A stretch of DNA of 40,447 nt from a virus (IMGVR_UViG_3300027419_000056:1-40447); one strand, 5' to 3'; positions 17,422 to 27,316 are shown, counted from the first letter of the stretch. Notes: generated by a model not told the origin, from the sequence alone. Program-made: numbers and translations.

Positions 17422-17811
17422 ATGACATTAAAGTTTAAGCCATCAAATTGGTATGGAAGGTATATAGTTGCTCCTATTGAGGATAGAACAAGAGACGGAA
17501 TAACATTTGCTTCTAAGTTAGAAATGCGAAGATACATGGAATTGAAATTGCTCTTGAAATCCGGTGAGATACGAGATCTATCACTGCAACCTAAGTTTCT
17601 TCTTCAAGAAGGATTTACTAAAAACGGACGGAATTATCTCCCAATTTATTATGTCGGCGATTTTGAATATTATGATGTAAAATTGAAGAAAAAGATTGTA
17701 GAAGATGTCAAAGGTGTAGAAACAGAGATATTTAAGTTAAAAGAAAAAATGCTTGCATATAGGCACAATATCATTCTTCGGAAGGTAACAAAGCGAGAAA
17801 TAGGTAGTTAG
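17422..17811 (+). CDS. DUF1064 family (PD-(D/E)XK-like) protein
   Basis: DGITFASKLE..RY.EL, L.LQPKF.L, YVGDFEY, VEDVKG. Confidence 0.88.
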   Translation: MTLKFKPSNWYGRYIVAPIEDRTRDGITFASKLEMRRYMELKLLLKSGEIRDLSLQPKFLLQEGFTKNGRNYLPIYYVGDFEYYDVKLKKKIVEDVKGVETEIFKLKEKMLAYRHNIILRKVTKREIGS

Positions 17812-17927
17812 CTTCAAAAATAAGCCTCTATATTGACCTAGAACGTCCTTATATTTCTTTTTTGATGGATTGCTCATTGAAAAATGATATAGTCAAACAT
17901 GGTATAATATAATAACCCATATTTGCT

Positions 17928-18182
17928 ATGATCAAGACAGTCTATAAAGACTTCATTCAGCTAAACAGGCTACAGACAGATATAATGATATTTATAGACT
18001 ATTGGGTAAAAGAACAAAAAACACCAGTTCCTCAAAAAGAAATCATTATAAACATGAAAAATAACGGCGTGAAAGACTTTACGACTGTTTGGGCGCTGAA
18101 TGCCCTGATAAAGAAGGGATATATTCGGAGAGCATATACTATCAGTAACAAAACATTTTATGTACAACTTGGAAGGGTTTAA
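17928..18182 (+). CDS. Winged-helix DNA-binding protein; candidate late-gene regulator
   Basis: Q..I..FI..W....TPVPQKEI ... ALNALIKKGYIRR pattern; sits just before the terminases behind a TGgTATAAT element (17900-17908). Confidence 0.6.
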   Translation: MIKTVYKDFIQLNRLQTDIMIFIDYWVKEQKTPVPQKEIIINMKNNGVKDFTTVWALNALIKKGYIRRAYTISNKTFYVQLGRV

Positions 18183-18183
18183 T

Positions 18184-18645
18184 ATGAGAAAACGAAAAAC
18201 ATTGAAGGTAAAAGTAAAACCGATAGAGCAGAAAGAAAAGCTTACTTTAAAACAAGAAGCTTTTTGTCAATTATATGTTATGGCAGATAAAGAGTTTTTT
18301 GGAAATGGCGTGGAATCATATATGGAAGCGTATGGAGATGAAGTGGATAAGAGCAAACCAAATTGGTATAAGTCTGCTCAAGCGTCTGCCAGTCGCTTGT
18401 TATCAAATGTTAAGGTTTGTAACCGGATAAACGAATTATTGACTTCTGGAGGATTGAATGACGAATTTGTAGATAAACAATTGTTATACATGATCACGCA
18501 ACATGCAGATGGAAACCTAAAACTTGGTGCTGTACGTGAATACAACAAGCTAAAACAACGTATCGTTGATAAACAAGATCTTACGTCAAATGGAAAACCA
18601 ATAGAATTGAAAGTGATCAGTTATAAAGACATAAAAAATGGATGA
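18184..18645 (+). CDS. terS: Terminase small subunit (probable start 18184)
   Basis: LTLKQEAFCQLY, N...SY..AY, ASASRLLSNVKV; directly upstream of TerL. Confidence 0.85.
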   Translation: MRKRKTLKVKVKPIEQKEKLTLKQEAFCQLYVMADKEFFGNGVESYMEAYGDEVDKSKPNWYKSAQASASRLLSNVKVCNRINELLTSGGLNDEFVDKQLLYMITQHADGNLKLGAVREYNKLKQRIVDKQDLTSNGKPIELKVISYKDIKNG

Positions 18646-19999
18646 ACATATAATTCCATATAATTTTATTGTACGGGAGTATCAGATTCCATTTCTCCGT
18701 GAGGTAGAAAAAGCTATCAGTGGTGAAAGTCAGGTACGATACTTCATGCAGATTTGGCACCGGCGTTCAGGAAAAGATAAGACCAATATCGCAGACATTG
18801 CACCTCGCAGATTGATCAAGGATCCATGTCTTGTGAAATATGTCTATCCAACTCTTGTCATGGGGCGTGAGAACCTATGGGATGGCATAGACGGACAAGG
18901 ATTTAGATATCTGAATCATATTCCTGAGTTTATCCGTAACGGGAAGCCAAATGAGACAACAATGAAGGTGGATATATTCAATGGATCAATATTCCAAATT
19001 GGCGGATCAGACCATCCGGATAGCTTGAGAGGAGGAAATCCAAAGCTATTTATCTTCTCTGAGTGGGCGGAACAAGACCCATATGCATGGGATGTTGTTG
19101 AGCCAATCTTGCGTGAGAATGACGGGATAGCGATATTTAATACGACACCAAAGGGAAACAATCATGCACGGGCATTGTTTGAATATGCAAAGAATCATTC
19201 AAAATGGTATGTGCAGACGCTAGATGCCTCACAAACTGGCGTATGGACACCAAAACAGCTTGAGGAGATGAAGATAGATATCATAAAGCGGTGGGCTGCA
19301 AATGGACGAAGCGAGGCTGAGGCTATTTCTTATTTTGATCAAGAGTATATGTGTTCGTTTAATAGTCCGGTTATAGGATCATACTATGGAGACAATATAA
19401 GACGTGCAGAAGCGGAGCATCGGATCACCAAAGTTCCGTATGTTGAAGGATTGCCGGTATATACTGCATGGGACTTGGGTATAGATGACTCTATGACTAT
19501 CTGGTTTTATCAGCTTGTTGCAGGTGAGATACACTTTATTGACTACTACGAGAACTCAGGAGAGGGACTACAACACTACGCTATGAAGCTTCAGGAGAAG
19601 AAGTATCTCTATGGAAAGCACTATGCGCCACATGATATTGCAGTCCGTGAACTTGGTACAGGAAAGAGTAGATTTGAAGTAGCACGATCTCTTGGTATTA
19701 CGTTTGTGACAAATCCAGCGCTTGATATTGAGGATGGAATAAATATGTGTCGCACGATATTTAGCCGGTGTTGGTTTGATAGTGAGAAATGTGAACGTGG
19801 TATCAATGCGCTAAAGAACTACAAAAAGGATTGGGATGAGAAGAATAAGGTATTTAGGAATAAGCCGAAGCATGATTGGGCGTCTCATGGCGCTGATGCG
19901 TTTAGAATGTTTGGATTAGGGTTTAGGGAGAACATACAACAGTCAATGCCAACAGTATCCGGTGGTGTTGCACCGTACTTTCCTGGACTTCCCGGATAA
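18638..19999 (+). CDS. terL: Terminase large subunit
   Basis: Walker A WHRRSGKD, Walker B FIFSE, TTPKG coupling motif, nuclease AWDLGIDD and HGADAFR. Confidence 0.95.
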   Translation: MDEHIIPYNFIVREYQIPFLREVEKAISGESQVRYFMQIWHRRSGKDKTNIADIAPRRLIKDPCLVKYVYPTLVMGRENLWDGIDGQGFRYLNHIPEFIRNGKPNETTMKVDIFNGSIFQIGGSDHPDSLRGGNPKLFIFSEWAEQDPYAWDVVEPILRENDGIAIFNTTPKGNNHARALFEYAKNHSKWYVQTLDASQTGVWTPKQLEEMKIDIIKRWAANGRSEAEAISYFDQEYMCSFNSPVIGSYYGDNIRRAEAEHRITKVPYVEGLPVYTAWDLGIDDSMTIWFYQLVAGEIHFIDYYENSGEGLQHYAMKLQEKKYLYGKHYAPHDIAVRELGTGKSRFEVARSLGITFVTNPALDIEDGINMCRTIFSRCWFDSEKCERGINALKNYKKDWDEKNKVFRNKPKHDWASHGADAFRMFGLGFRENIQQSMPTVSGGVAPYFPGLPG

Positions 20000-20003
20000 A
20001 GAC

Positions 20004-20033
20004 TTGCCTTCCAAGAGTTTCATATTCTATTCT
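20004..20033 (+). promoter_or_regulatory. Late-type leaderless promoter TTGCCT-18-TATTCT
   Basis: Shared motif; ATG 7 nt downstream. Confidence 0.75.
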
Positions 20034-20040
20034 ATAAAGT

Positions 20041-21879
20041 ATGGCAGACAATATTGGTATTCAAATAGATAATCCGGAATTAAAAATGCTCCGTGACAAT
20101 AAAACTTCAGGATATAACTATCGTGAACGTAGGGATATAGATTTTCGTGAGAACTACGAATTGTGGCGTGATAAAGTGCAGATTAACAGATTAACACAGC
20201 GTCAATCTGTTCATATTCCTCTCATGAAGCAGACAATGAATACCATCATGAAGGATATTGACGACATGCCGGTTATTGAATTCCAGAATCTTGATAATGA
20301 TAAACAGGCGGAGATATTTAAAAACGAATATTGGCAATACTTCCTTGAAGACAACAGGATGGAATTGCAGGATATTATAGATAAAAAGCAGGCAATTCTC
20401 TTTGGCCGTACATTTGATCAGATGCAGGTTGCTGATGGAAAGGTGAAAGATACCATTGTAGACCCACAGGATATCCTTGTATCCCGTTACACGAACCCAC
20501 ATGACATAAATACTTCACGTTTCCTTATCCATGTCCATATCTTTAAGTCATTGTCTGAAATGGAGCGAGACGAAACACTTGATCAAAAGGCGGTAGCTGA
20601 GATACGACAATGGGCGGGAACAGAAGCAGGACTCATTAAGTCAAAGACAAATGAAAAGATGCTTACTGAGAAGAATCAGATTATGTCAGACCTTGGTGTT
20701 GAAGATGTGTACTCCCCTATCTTAGGTGAAGTTATTGTTGAATGCTCACAGCATTTTGTCTGGAGAAAAGAAGATGGGGATGATGAAGAACAGATATACT
20801 TCTATGAAGAGTGTGAAGATATGAAGGTTCTGAAAAAAGCAAAGCTTGAATCTATTGTAGGAACGACAAAAGACCATTGGTTTAGATACCATTATCCATA
20901 CAACACATGGGCTGCAGATATAGACAAAAAGGACTTTTGGAGTGATTCAGTTGTTGATCCAATAAGAACGCCAAACAAAGTGCTTGATGTCTGGTTTTCT
21001 CAGCTTGTTGAAAACAGAACATTACGGAACTATGGCATGAACTTCTATGATTCAACAATTGAAGGGTTTACTCCTCCATCTAACCAACAGCCAATTCCCG
21101 GAGGATGGTATCCGCTTCGTGGGAAGCCATCAGAGGTATATCAACATGTAGAGATACCTGAACTTTCAGAGTCTCTTGACGAAATGGCATTCATTATTCA
21201 AATGGCAGAAAAGGCAACTGGTGCTACCGCAACGGCTCAAGGTGTACAGACAGAGAGAAAAATTACCCTTGGAGAAGTAGAACTTGCGCTTGGTGAAGCT
21301 AAGGAACGGATCAAGGGGCTTTCTAAGTTCTATACTCAAGCATGGAAAGACCGAGGTGTCATGTTTGACAAGCTTATTGAAGCGGCAGGTGACAAGATTG
21401 ATGCAGTACAGATTCATAAAAAAGGGAAGAATACAGATAAAATATACAATCGTTCTATTTCTCCAAAGGATTGGATGGCGAAGTCAGGATATCTTGTGAA
21501 AGTATGGAGTCAGGATGAGAAGAATGCACAGGATATGAAACGATTGGAAAAGATGAACGTTGCAAAGAGTATGATGCCTGATAATCCTATCGTAGATCAG
21601 GTAAATAAACGGAAGGTACTTGAATATGCAGACTATACGCCTGAAGAGATCAATAACGCTATAGAATACGAGAAAAAGAAACAGGAACAGATTATGATGT
21701 TGCAACAGCAACAAATGAATCCTCCCGCTAATGATACAATACTGCCTACTCAGCCAGTAACACAGCCAATTGTTCCGTCTGCTCCTCCACTTCCAGTACC
21801 GGTGAAGAAAAAGATGGAAGGAAAAAGAAAAGAAACAGTCAAAAAACTAAAATCAATACGGTCTAAGTTACAAGAATAA
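20041..21879 (+). CDS. Portal protein (P22/podovirus-like)
   Basis: 612 aa immediately after TerL; EKATGAT...QG...T.GE segment typical of portals; Gln/Pro-rich tail. Confidence 0.85.
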   Translation: MADNIGIQIDNPELKMLRDNKTSGYNYRERRDIDFRENYELWRDKVQINRLTQRQSVHIPLMKQTMNTIMKDIDDMPVIEFQNLDNDKQAEIFKNEYWQYFLEDNRMELQDIIDKKQAILFGRTFDQMQVADGKVKDTIVDPQDILVSRYTNPHDINTSRFLIHVHIFKSLSEMERDETLDQKAVAEIRQWAGTEAGLIKSKTNEKMLTEKNQIMSDLGVEDVYSPILGEVIVECSQHFVWRKEDGDDEEQIYFYEECEDMKVLKKAKLESIVGTTKDHWFRYHYPYNTWAADIDKKDFWSDSVVDPIRTPNKVLDVWFSQLVENRTLRNYGMNFYDSTIEGFTPPSNQQPIPGGWYPLRGKPSEVYQHVEIPELSESLDEMAFIIQMAEKATGATATAQGVQTERKITLGEVELALGEAKERIKGLSKFYTQAWKDRGVMFDKLIEAAGDKIDAVQIHKKGKNTDKIYNRSISPKDWMAKSGYLVKVWSQDEKNAQDMKRLEKMNVAKSMMPDNPIVDQVNKRKVLEYADYTPEEINNAIEYEKKKQEQIMMLQQQQMNPPANDTILPTQPVTQPIVPSAPPLPVPVKKKMEGKRKETVKKLKSIRSKLQE

Positions 21880-21880
21880 A

Positions 21881-22549
21881 ATGAATGAAAATGAACAAAA
21901 AACAATCATACAAGAATTGGATTCGCTTATTGAAGAACTTTCTAAGGGCGATGAATCGCCTGATGAGGAAGTTCTGGAACTAATTGATGATATCGCAGAG
22001 AAGATAAACTCTGGAAAACGAAAGAAACAAGATAAAGTATCAAAAGACCTTGTTGAAAAACTTGATACACTTATCTCACTTACTCAATCAGAAAAAGACT
22101 CTTCAAGCGAGACATCTCAATCTATTATCAAAGCTATTGAAAAGATTAAGCTTGATATCCCCTATCCTGAAGTAAACGTGCCTGCGCCAGTTGTTACAGT
22201 GACTGTTCCAGAGATAAAAGTACCTCCAACAGTCGTTCCACCTATAGAAATACCAAAGGTTGATGTACATATGCCTGATGAGATGCAAATCAAGAAGCCG
22301 TTATGGTTTCCTAAGATTGAACCATTAAAGCCAATTGTTGATGCGATAACTGAGATAAAGAATAAGATAGTAAACTTCCATTTGCCAACTTCACCAAGTG
22401 ATGCAGTCTCTGTTCGTCTTACGGATGGTGAGAAGTTCTATAAAGCCATTGGAGGAATGGTATCTTCTATCGGTTCAACTTTCCGTTTAAAATTGCTAGT
22501 GGTGCAACACAGGCAGCATTGGTTGATGATGATGGCCATATGCAGGTAG
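21881..22549 (+). CDS. Hypothetical virion-module protein with Pro/Val-rich tract; probable N-terminal half of a frameshift fusion
   Basis: ORF track; slippery T-TTA-AAA at 22486-22492. Confidence 0.65.
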   Translation: MNENEQKTIIQELDSLIEELSKGDESPDEEVLELIDDIAEKINSGKRKKQDKVSKDLVEKLDTLISLTQSEKDSSSETSQSIIKAIEKIKLDIPYPEVNVPAPVVTVTVPEIKVPPTVVPPIEIPKVDVHMPDEMQIKKPLWFPKIEPLKPIVDAITEIKNKIVNFHLPTSPSDAVSVRLTDGEKFYKAIGGMVSSIGSTFRLKLLVVQHRQHWLMMMAICR

Positions 22550-23400
22550 ATTTGGTCTCATCTGCACTTTCAGCTAATGACGGTAAGTTTAGAAATATAA
22601 TTGACGGATTGTTATATAGCTATAAAACTATTGATGGAAAACCTCGGTATTCTTCTATGCCATATCTCTTTGATATAGCTGAAGGAAATGTTACTGGTCA
22701 TACTCCATTTACAAAGCTTGGCTATAATGGTGATGTTGGAGCAACAGAAGAGGATATTATCACGCAGGGTGGTACATATTACTGGATTCCAACAGCGACA
22801 GCACTGGAAGTGTTATCCACTGGAGCGGGAGCAGCAAATGATACATTAACAGGTACAGGCGTACAGAAAGTAAAGATAACCTACCTTGATAGTGACTACT
22901 CTCAACAAACACAAACACTTGATATGGCTGGTGGTACGCCAGTCCCGCTTACAGATACAACAATACTACGAGTAAATTCTATACGAGCTGTCCAAGTAGG
23001 AACAGGTGGTGTTGCGGCGGGTGATATTATTTGTAGGACTGTGGTAGGAACAAATACTGTTCGTCAAATATCAGCAGGATATACCAGAGGCAGAGGACTA
23101 ACATACACTGTTCCACTTGGAAAAACACTCTATATTACTTCTGTTGCTGTATCTTCTGGATATACAACCGCTGGAAAAGTGGTACGATGGACTGGGAGAG
23201 CACAGGTTGATGATACAGACCCAACAACAAAGATAGCATTCTTTCAGCCATTCTTTGAAATTATTACACAAGATGCATCGTTTCATAGATGTTTTGAAAT
23301 ACCAGTAAAGATACCTGCAACTGCTGATTTGAAAATGAGTGCAGTAAGCAACGGTGCGGGATCATTTTGTGATTGTTCTCTTCGTGGATGGTTAGAATAA
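22519..23400 (+). CDS. Beta-rich putative virion protein; probable C-terminal half of a frameshift fusion
   Basis: Gly/Thr-rich; YTVPLGKTLYITS motif; no convincing start or RBS; -1 frame relative to the upstream ORF. Confidence 0.65.
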   Translation: MVDDDGHMQVDLVSSALSANDGKFRNIIDGLLYSYKTIDGKPRYSSMPYLFDIAEGNVTGHTPFTKLGYNGDVGATEEDIITQGGTYYWIPTATALEVLSTGAGAANDTLTGTGVQKVKITYLDSDYSQQTQTLDMAGGTPVPLTDTTILRVNSIRAVQVGTGGVAAGDIICRTVVGTNTVRQISAGYTRGRGLTYTVPLGKTLYITSVAVSSGYTTAGKVVRWTGRAQVDDTDPTTKIAFFQPFFEIITQDASFHRCFEIPVKIPATADLKMSAVSNGAGSFCDCSLRGWLE

Positions 23401-23427
23401 CTTGGTGATGTGTAGTATAATATACAT

Positions 23428-23742
23428 ATGAGCAAATTAGATGATCTTCTTGAAAAATATAATCTAAAATATAGTGATCTTACGCTTGCAGAACGAGATA
23501 CTGCACATAAGATGCTTGCTGATCTTCAAGAAAAACAATTGACTGTTGAAAAGATAAAAGAATATATTGCAGCAATGCGTGATAGCGTAGAAGTTGAATT
23601 AACAAATACGGATAATGGATCAAAGCAGGACTTGTTTTTGAAAGCACGATTGCGGAATTATATGCTTCTTGAATCATTCCTTATCTCACCAGAACGTGCA
23701 AAAAGAGCATTGGAACGGTCTATATCAAATCTATCAAAATAA
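23428..23742 (+). CDS. Hypothetical head-module protein, 104 aa (leaderless)
   Basis: TTAGAA-18-TATAAT (23392-23421) with ATG 6 nt later. Confidence 0.75.
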   Translation: MSKLDDLLEKYNLKYSDLTLAERDTAHKMLADLQEKQLTVEKIKEYIAAMRDSVEVELTNTDNGSKQDLFLKARLRNYMLLESFLISPERAKRALERSISNLSK

Positions 23743-23746
23743 TTAT

Positions 23747-23905
23747 ATGGCAAAAGCAAAAAAACTAACGTCTCAAAAAGCATTAAAGATACTACAAGAT
23801 GGAACTGTTCATGGTCACAAATTAACAGAGAGACAGATGAAGTTTTTTGGTGCTATTGCAGGAGGTGATAAACCTCGCAAATCTTCAAAAGGTAAAAAGC
23901 GTTGA
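23747..23905 (+). CDS. Small basic protein, 52 aa (probable start 23747)
   Basis: MAKAKKLTSQKALKIL.DG..HG..LT.RQ.KFFGAIAGG. Confidence 0.65.
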   Translation: MAKAKKLTSQKALKILQDGTVHGHKLTERQMKFFGAIAGGDKPRKSSKGKKR

Positions 23906-23931
23906 CATGCGCTAGTTTTTGTGGATAGAAT
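23902..23931 (+). promoter_or_regulatory. Late-type promoter TTGACA-18-TAGAAT
   Basis: Shared spacer motif TGCGCTAGTTT; ATG at 23940. Confidence 0.7.
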
Positions 23932-23939
23932 GTGTATAT

Positions 23940-24239
23940 ATGAATCCAGAAGCACAAAAAGTGTTAGATGCAATCCTTCATAAAGAACTTCATGAATTAA
24001 CTGATCCTGATAAGCGCTTTCTTCATGCTCGTTGGAGCTATCTTACAGAAGAACAACAGGATAAATATAAAGATGCGTGGTTTATAACTACAACAAAAGA
24101 AGTAGTAAATCCATTGGCAAAGTATACATATATAGAATTAAAACAAATGTGTAAAAGTCTTGGTATTTCAGCTCCTCCCGGATTAAAACGTCCGGAACTT
24201 GAACAGTTGATTATCAATGATAAATCATATTTGCAATAA
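23940..24239 (+). CDS. Protein with C-terminal HeH/SAP/Rho-N-like domain (probable start 23940)
   Basis: LAKYTYIELKQMCKSLGI....LKRPELEQLI. Confidence 0.65.
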   Translation: MNPEAQKVLDAILHKELHELTDPDKRFLHARWSYLTEEQQDKYKDAWFITTTKEVVNPLAKYTYIELKQMCKSLGISAPPGLKRPELEQLIINDKSYLQ

Positions 24240-24274
24240 TTATATTAACCAAACCCTTATTTGAAAGGACGGCT

Positions 24275-25084
24275 ATGACAAAAAATCATGTAAAACCTGA
24301 AAAGGAAGAATTAGAAGCAAATGCATTAAAAGCACTTGAGGAAGCAGAGGCATTGAAAGAGAAGGAAGAAGAGCACAAAGAGGAAGAGCCAAAAAAAGAA
24401 GACGAACAGGAAAAACAAGAGGAAGAACATAAGGAAGAAGAGCACAAAGAGGAAGATAAAAAACCCGCAGACAAAGAGGAAGATGATAAGTATAGAAAAA
24501 AGTTCATTGCATCCTCAAAAGAGGCAATCATCTTAGACTCCGCAAATAAGAAAATCACCAGTGCCATAGAACAAGCAAATGAGATTGCTGATCCAACAGA
24601 TGAGGAAATGAAAGCAAAGCATGCGGACTATGATGACATGACTCCTACAGAACAACGGCTTGCAAAGGCAAATTACAAAATGGAGAAGAAATTTGACCTT
24701 ATCTTCAAAGGATCACAGGAAGGGAAAGAAATGAAGGAATGGAGCAAAAAAGTGGATGACTATATCACTGATCCTAAAACGCTTGCCGATATTCCTGAAC
24801 TTGAAGGAAAAGAAGATGAGTTTAAGATATTTGCATTGAAAGAAACACGCCGTGGTATTCCATTTGAGGATCTTACAAAGGCGTTTCTCTTTGATGCAAC
24901 AAAAGCAACTCCATCTCACAAAGGAGAAAAGATGTTTGATGTAGGTGGAGGTGGCGAGAAGCTAAAAGAGAAGCCAAAATCAGATAAGATAACACAAGAG
25001 CAAGCAAAATTGCTCCGTGAATCTGATTATCCAAAATACAAGGAATACTTGTTAGCAGGGAAAATTGAAGAAATTGAATTGTAA
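24275..25084 (+). CDS. Capsid scaffolding protein
   Basis: Highly charged, helical, immediately upstream of the capsid gene. Confidence 0.75.
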   Translation: MTKNHVKPEKEELEANALKALEEAEALKEKEEEHKEEEPKKEDEQEKQEEEHKEEEHKEEDKKPADKEEDDKYRKKFIASSKEAIILDSANKKITSAIEQANEIADPTDEEMKAKHADYDDMTPTEQRLAKANYKMEKKFDLIFKGSQEGKEMKEWSKKVDDYITDPKTLADIPELEGKEDEFKIFALKETRRGIPFEDLTKAFLFDATKATPSHKGEKMFDVGGGGEKLKEKPKSDKITQEQAKLLRESDYPKYKEYLLAGKIEEIEL

Positions 25085-25098
25085 TAGAGGCTCTCCTC

Positions 25099-25128
25099 TT
25101 GACATGCAATAGTTTGTTTCTATATCGT
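25099..25128 (+). promoter_or_regulatory. Late-type promoter for the capsid gene TTGACA-18-TATCGT
   Basis: Shared spacer motif TGCAATAGTTT. Confidence 0.7.
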
Positions 25129-25217
25129 TGTATATAGTATCTTCCAAACTCCTTTCTAGGGAACGGTAAAAGATCCAGTAGAAACAATGTATTGTCAGTA
25201 TAGAAAGGGGTCATATT

Positions 25218-26333
25218 ATGGCTTCAGCGTATTCAACAAAAGTTGCAGAAGGTTTTTCGCAACGCCTTTTAAAAGAGGTATATGAAAAAAACCTCGCCGA
25301 TTATATCGTAAACCGAGATTATGAAGGCGAAATCAATGGTGTTGGTTCAAAACTAAACATTTTGAATTTTGCACGTATTTCAGAAAAGACATATGCAAAT
25401 GCAGCGATGTCAGCCGACTCACTGTATGAAAACAATGCCGTTCTTACAATAGATCAATTAAAATCCTTCTATTGGAAAGAAAAGACATATGCACGATGGC
25501 TTTCCTACATTAAAAATCCACATGCAACTATCGTTGCTCAGAAAGCAGATGAGCGCGCAAAGAACATGGATGAATATATCCTTGGATTCTATGGTGATGT
25601 TGCATCAGGAAATAGAGTCGGAACAGATTATACAACCGGTACAGTGACCGTTACCGCAACGACAGGTGCTGTTGTTGGTTCAGGTACGACATTCACTGCA
25701 GCTATGGTTGGTCGTGGATTTAAAGCAGATGGACACACAAAATGGTATCGGGTAAAGACATACACAAGTGCAACAGAGATTGTCATTGAAGATGATTCTG
25801 ATGACAACACGTCTGCATACACTGGTGGAGCAATTGCAGGTGGATCAACATATACCATTGAAGCTGCAACGCCAGTCGCAATTACCACAAGCACGCTTTT
25901 GCAATATATCGCTGCTTTGAAATTGAAATTGGATAGCGCAGAACGATATGGTTTGTCAGCAGTTCCTGAATCCGATCGTTGGTTAGTCGTTCCGCCAGAA
26001 TTTGAAGATTTAGTAGTTCGGGCATCCGGAGTTGCACTCCACGTTCCTGAAGCCTACACAGATTTAGTGCAAAAAGGCTTTATCGGAATGTTGCTTGGAT
26101 TCAAGATTTTCAAGACCAATAGATTGACAGGAGATAATACGGATGGATGGAGAATTCTTGCAGGTCACAAAAATTGGATGACATTTGCAGAAAAACTCTT
26201 GGAAGCAGGAATGGAAGAAGATTTGACCGGTGACTTCGGATCTGCATATAAAGATCTGTTTGTCTACGGAGCAAAAGTGACGGATGCACGCCGACACTTT
26301 GCAGCAGAGTTGTACGCAACATTTACACTCTAA
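25218..26333 (+). CDS. Major capsid protein (HK97 fold) with ~80-aa insertion
   Basis: VNRDYEGEI...G, LTIDQ.K, VP..DRWLVVPP, G.IG.LLGF.I, LFVYGAKV motifs. Confidence 0.9.
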   Translation: MASAYSTKVAEGFSQRLLKEVYEKNLADYIVNRDYEGEINGVGSKLNILNFARISEKTYANAAMSADSLYENNAVLTIDQLKSFYWKEKTYARWLSYIKNPHATIVAQKADERAKNMDEYILGFYGDVASGNRVGTDYTTGTVTVTATTGAVVGSGTTFTAAMVGRGFKADGHTKWYRVKTYTSATEIVIEDDSDDNTSAYTGGAIAGGSTYTIEAATPVAITTSTLLQYIAALKLKLDSAERYGLSAVPESDRWLVVPPEFEDLVVRASGVALHVPEAYTDLVQKGFIGMLLGFKIFKTNRLTGDNTDGWRILAGHKNWMTFAEKLLEAGMEEDLTGDFGSAYKDLFVYGAKVTDARRHFAAELYATFTL

Positions 26334-26356
26334 AGTTGAAGTAAACGTATAAAAGG

Positions 26357-26389
26357 TCTATGGGGAAGCCTAAAAAACTTCCCCATAGA
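26357..26389 (+). terminator. Strong hairpin after the capsid gene (no U tract on +; attenuator or stabiliser)
   Basis: 12-bp perfect stem TCTATGGGGAAG/CTTCCCCATAGA. Confidence 0.55.
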
Positions 26390-26404
26390 TAAAAAAATAA
26401 AATT

Positions 26405-27316
26405 ATGGCTACTTTTGAACTGAAATCACAATTACCAAAATCAACACAAGATGAATTAGATCGTGTTGAAGCAATCTCAAGTGCAGTGAGGTCAACAAAA
26501 GAAGCAGCATTTTTGACATCTCTTACTCCGTACAGAACAAATGTTGTCCAACGATATGATACAGATGGATCAACAATACTGGAAGCAGAAGGAAATACGC
26601 TTCCTACGGGATACGAGGGGTTCAAACAGGGAGCAATCTTCAGAGATCTTGATAAGACAGGAATGAATATCTATATCAATACAGGCGATGAAGACGCTGC
26701 GGTATGGTCATTATTAGGTGGAGAGGTTGTTTCATCTTCCCCATCTCTAAGCCCATCAGTATCTGCATCACTCAGCCCATCTGTAAGTGCATCTCGTTCA
26801 GCAAGCTTGTCAGCATCATTGAGTGCATCACTCAGCCCATCGGCTTCAACAAGCCCATCAGTATCGGTAAGCTTGAGCCCGAGTGCATCGCAGAGCCCAT
26901 CAGTATCGGTAAGCTTGAGCCCGAGTGCATCGCAGAGCCCATCAGTATCGGTAAGCTTGAGCCCGTCATTATCAGGAAGTGTCTCAGCATCAGTATCTGT
27001 GTCAGTATCAACGAGTGCATCACCAAGCTTGAGCCCAAGTGCATCAAGCTCACCATCACACAGCATTTCGCCAACACCATCAGTCTCTGTAAGCTTGAGT
27101 CCAAGTGTTTCTGTGAGTGCATCGCCATCAGTCTCGGCAAGTACATCAGTCTCATTGTCACCAAGTTACTCAGCAAGCTTGTCAGCATCAGTGTCTGCAT
27201 CAAAAAGTGCATCACTCAGCCCAAGCGTCTCAGTATCATTGTCTCCGTCAGCATCAACGAGTCCTTCGGTCTCGGCAAGTGCTTCGGATTCACCATCACC
27301 AAGTTTCCCATTCTAA
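26405..27316 (+). CDS. Putative capsid decoration protein with ~190-aa Ser-X/Pro mucin-like tail
   Basis: Follows MCP; N-domain G...GAIFRD.D....YINTG....W; residues 110-303 have Ser at nearly every second position. Confidence 0.75.
   Translation: MATFELKSQLPKSTQDELDRVEAISSAVRSTKEAAFLTSLTPYRTNVVQRYDTDGSTILEAEGNTLPTGYEGFKQGAIFRDLDKTGMNIYINTGDEDAAVWSLLGGEVVSSSPSLSPSVSASLSPSVSASRSASLSASLSASLSPSASTSPSVSVSLSPSASQSPSVSVSLSPSASQSPSVSVSLSPSLSGSVSASVSVSVSTSASPSLSPSASSSPSHSISPTPSVSVSLSPSVSVSASPSVSASTSVSLSPSYSASLSASVSASKSASLSPSVSVSLSPSASTSPSVSASASDSPSPSFPF
26852..26965. repeat. Exact 42-bp tandem repeat x2.7 (encodes [14 protein letters not shown])
   Basis: Units start at 26852, 26894, 26936. Confidence 0.9.
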
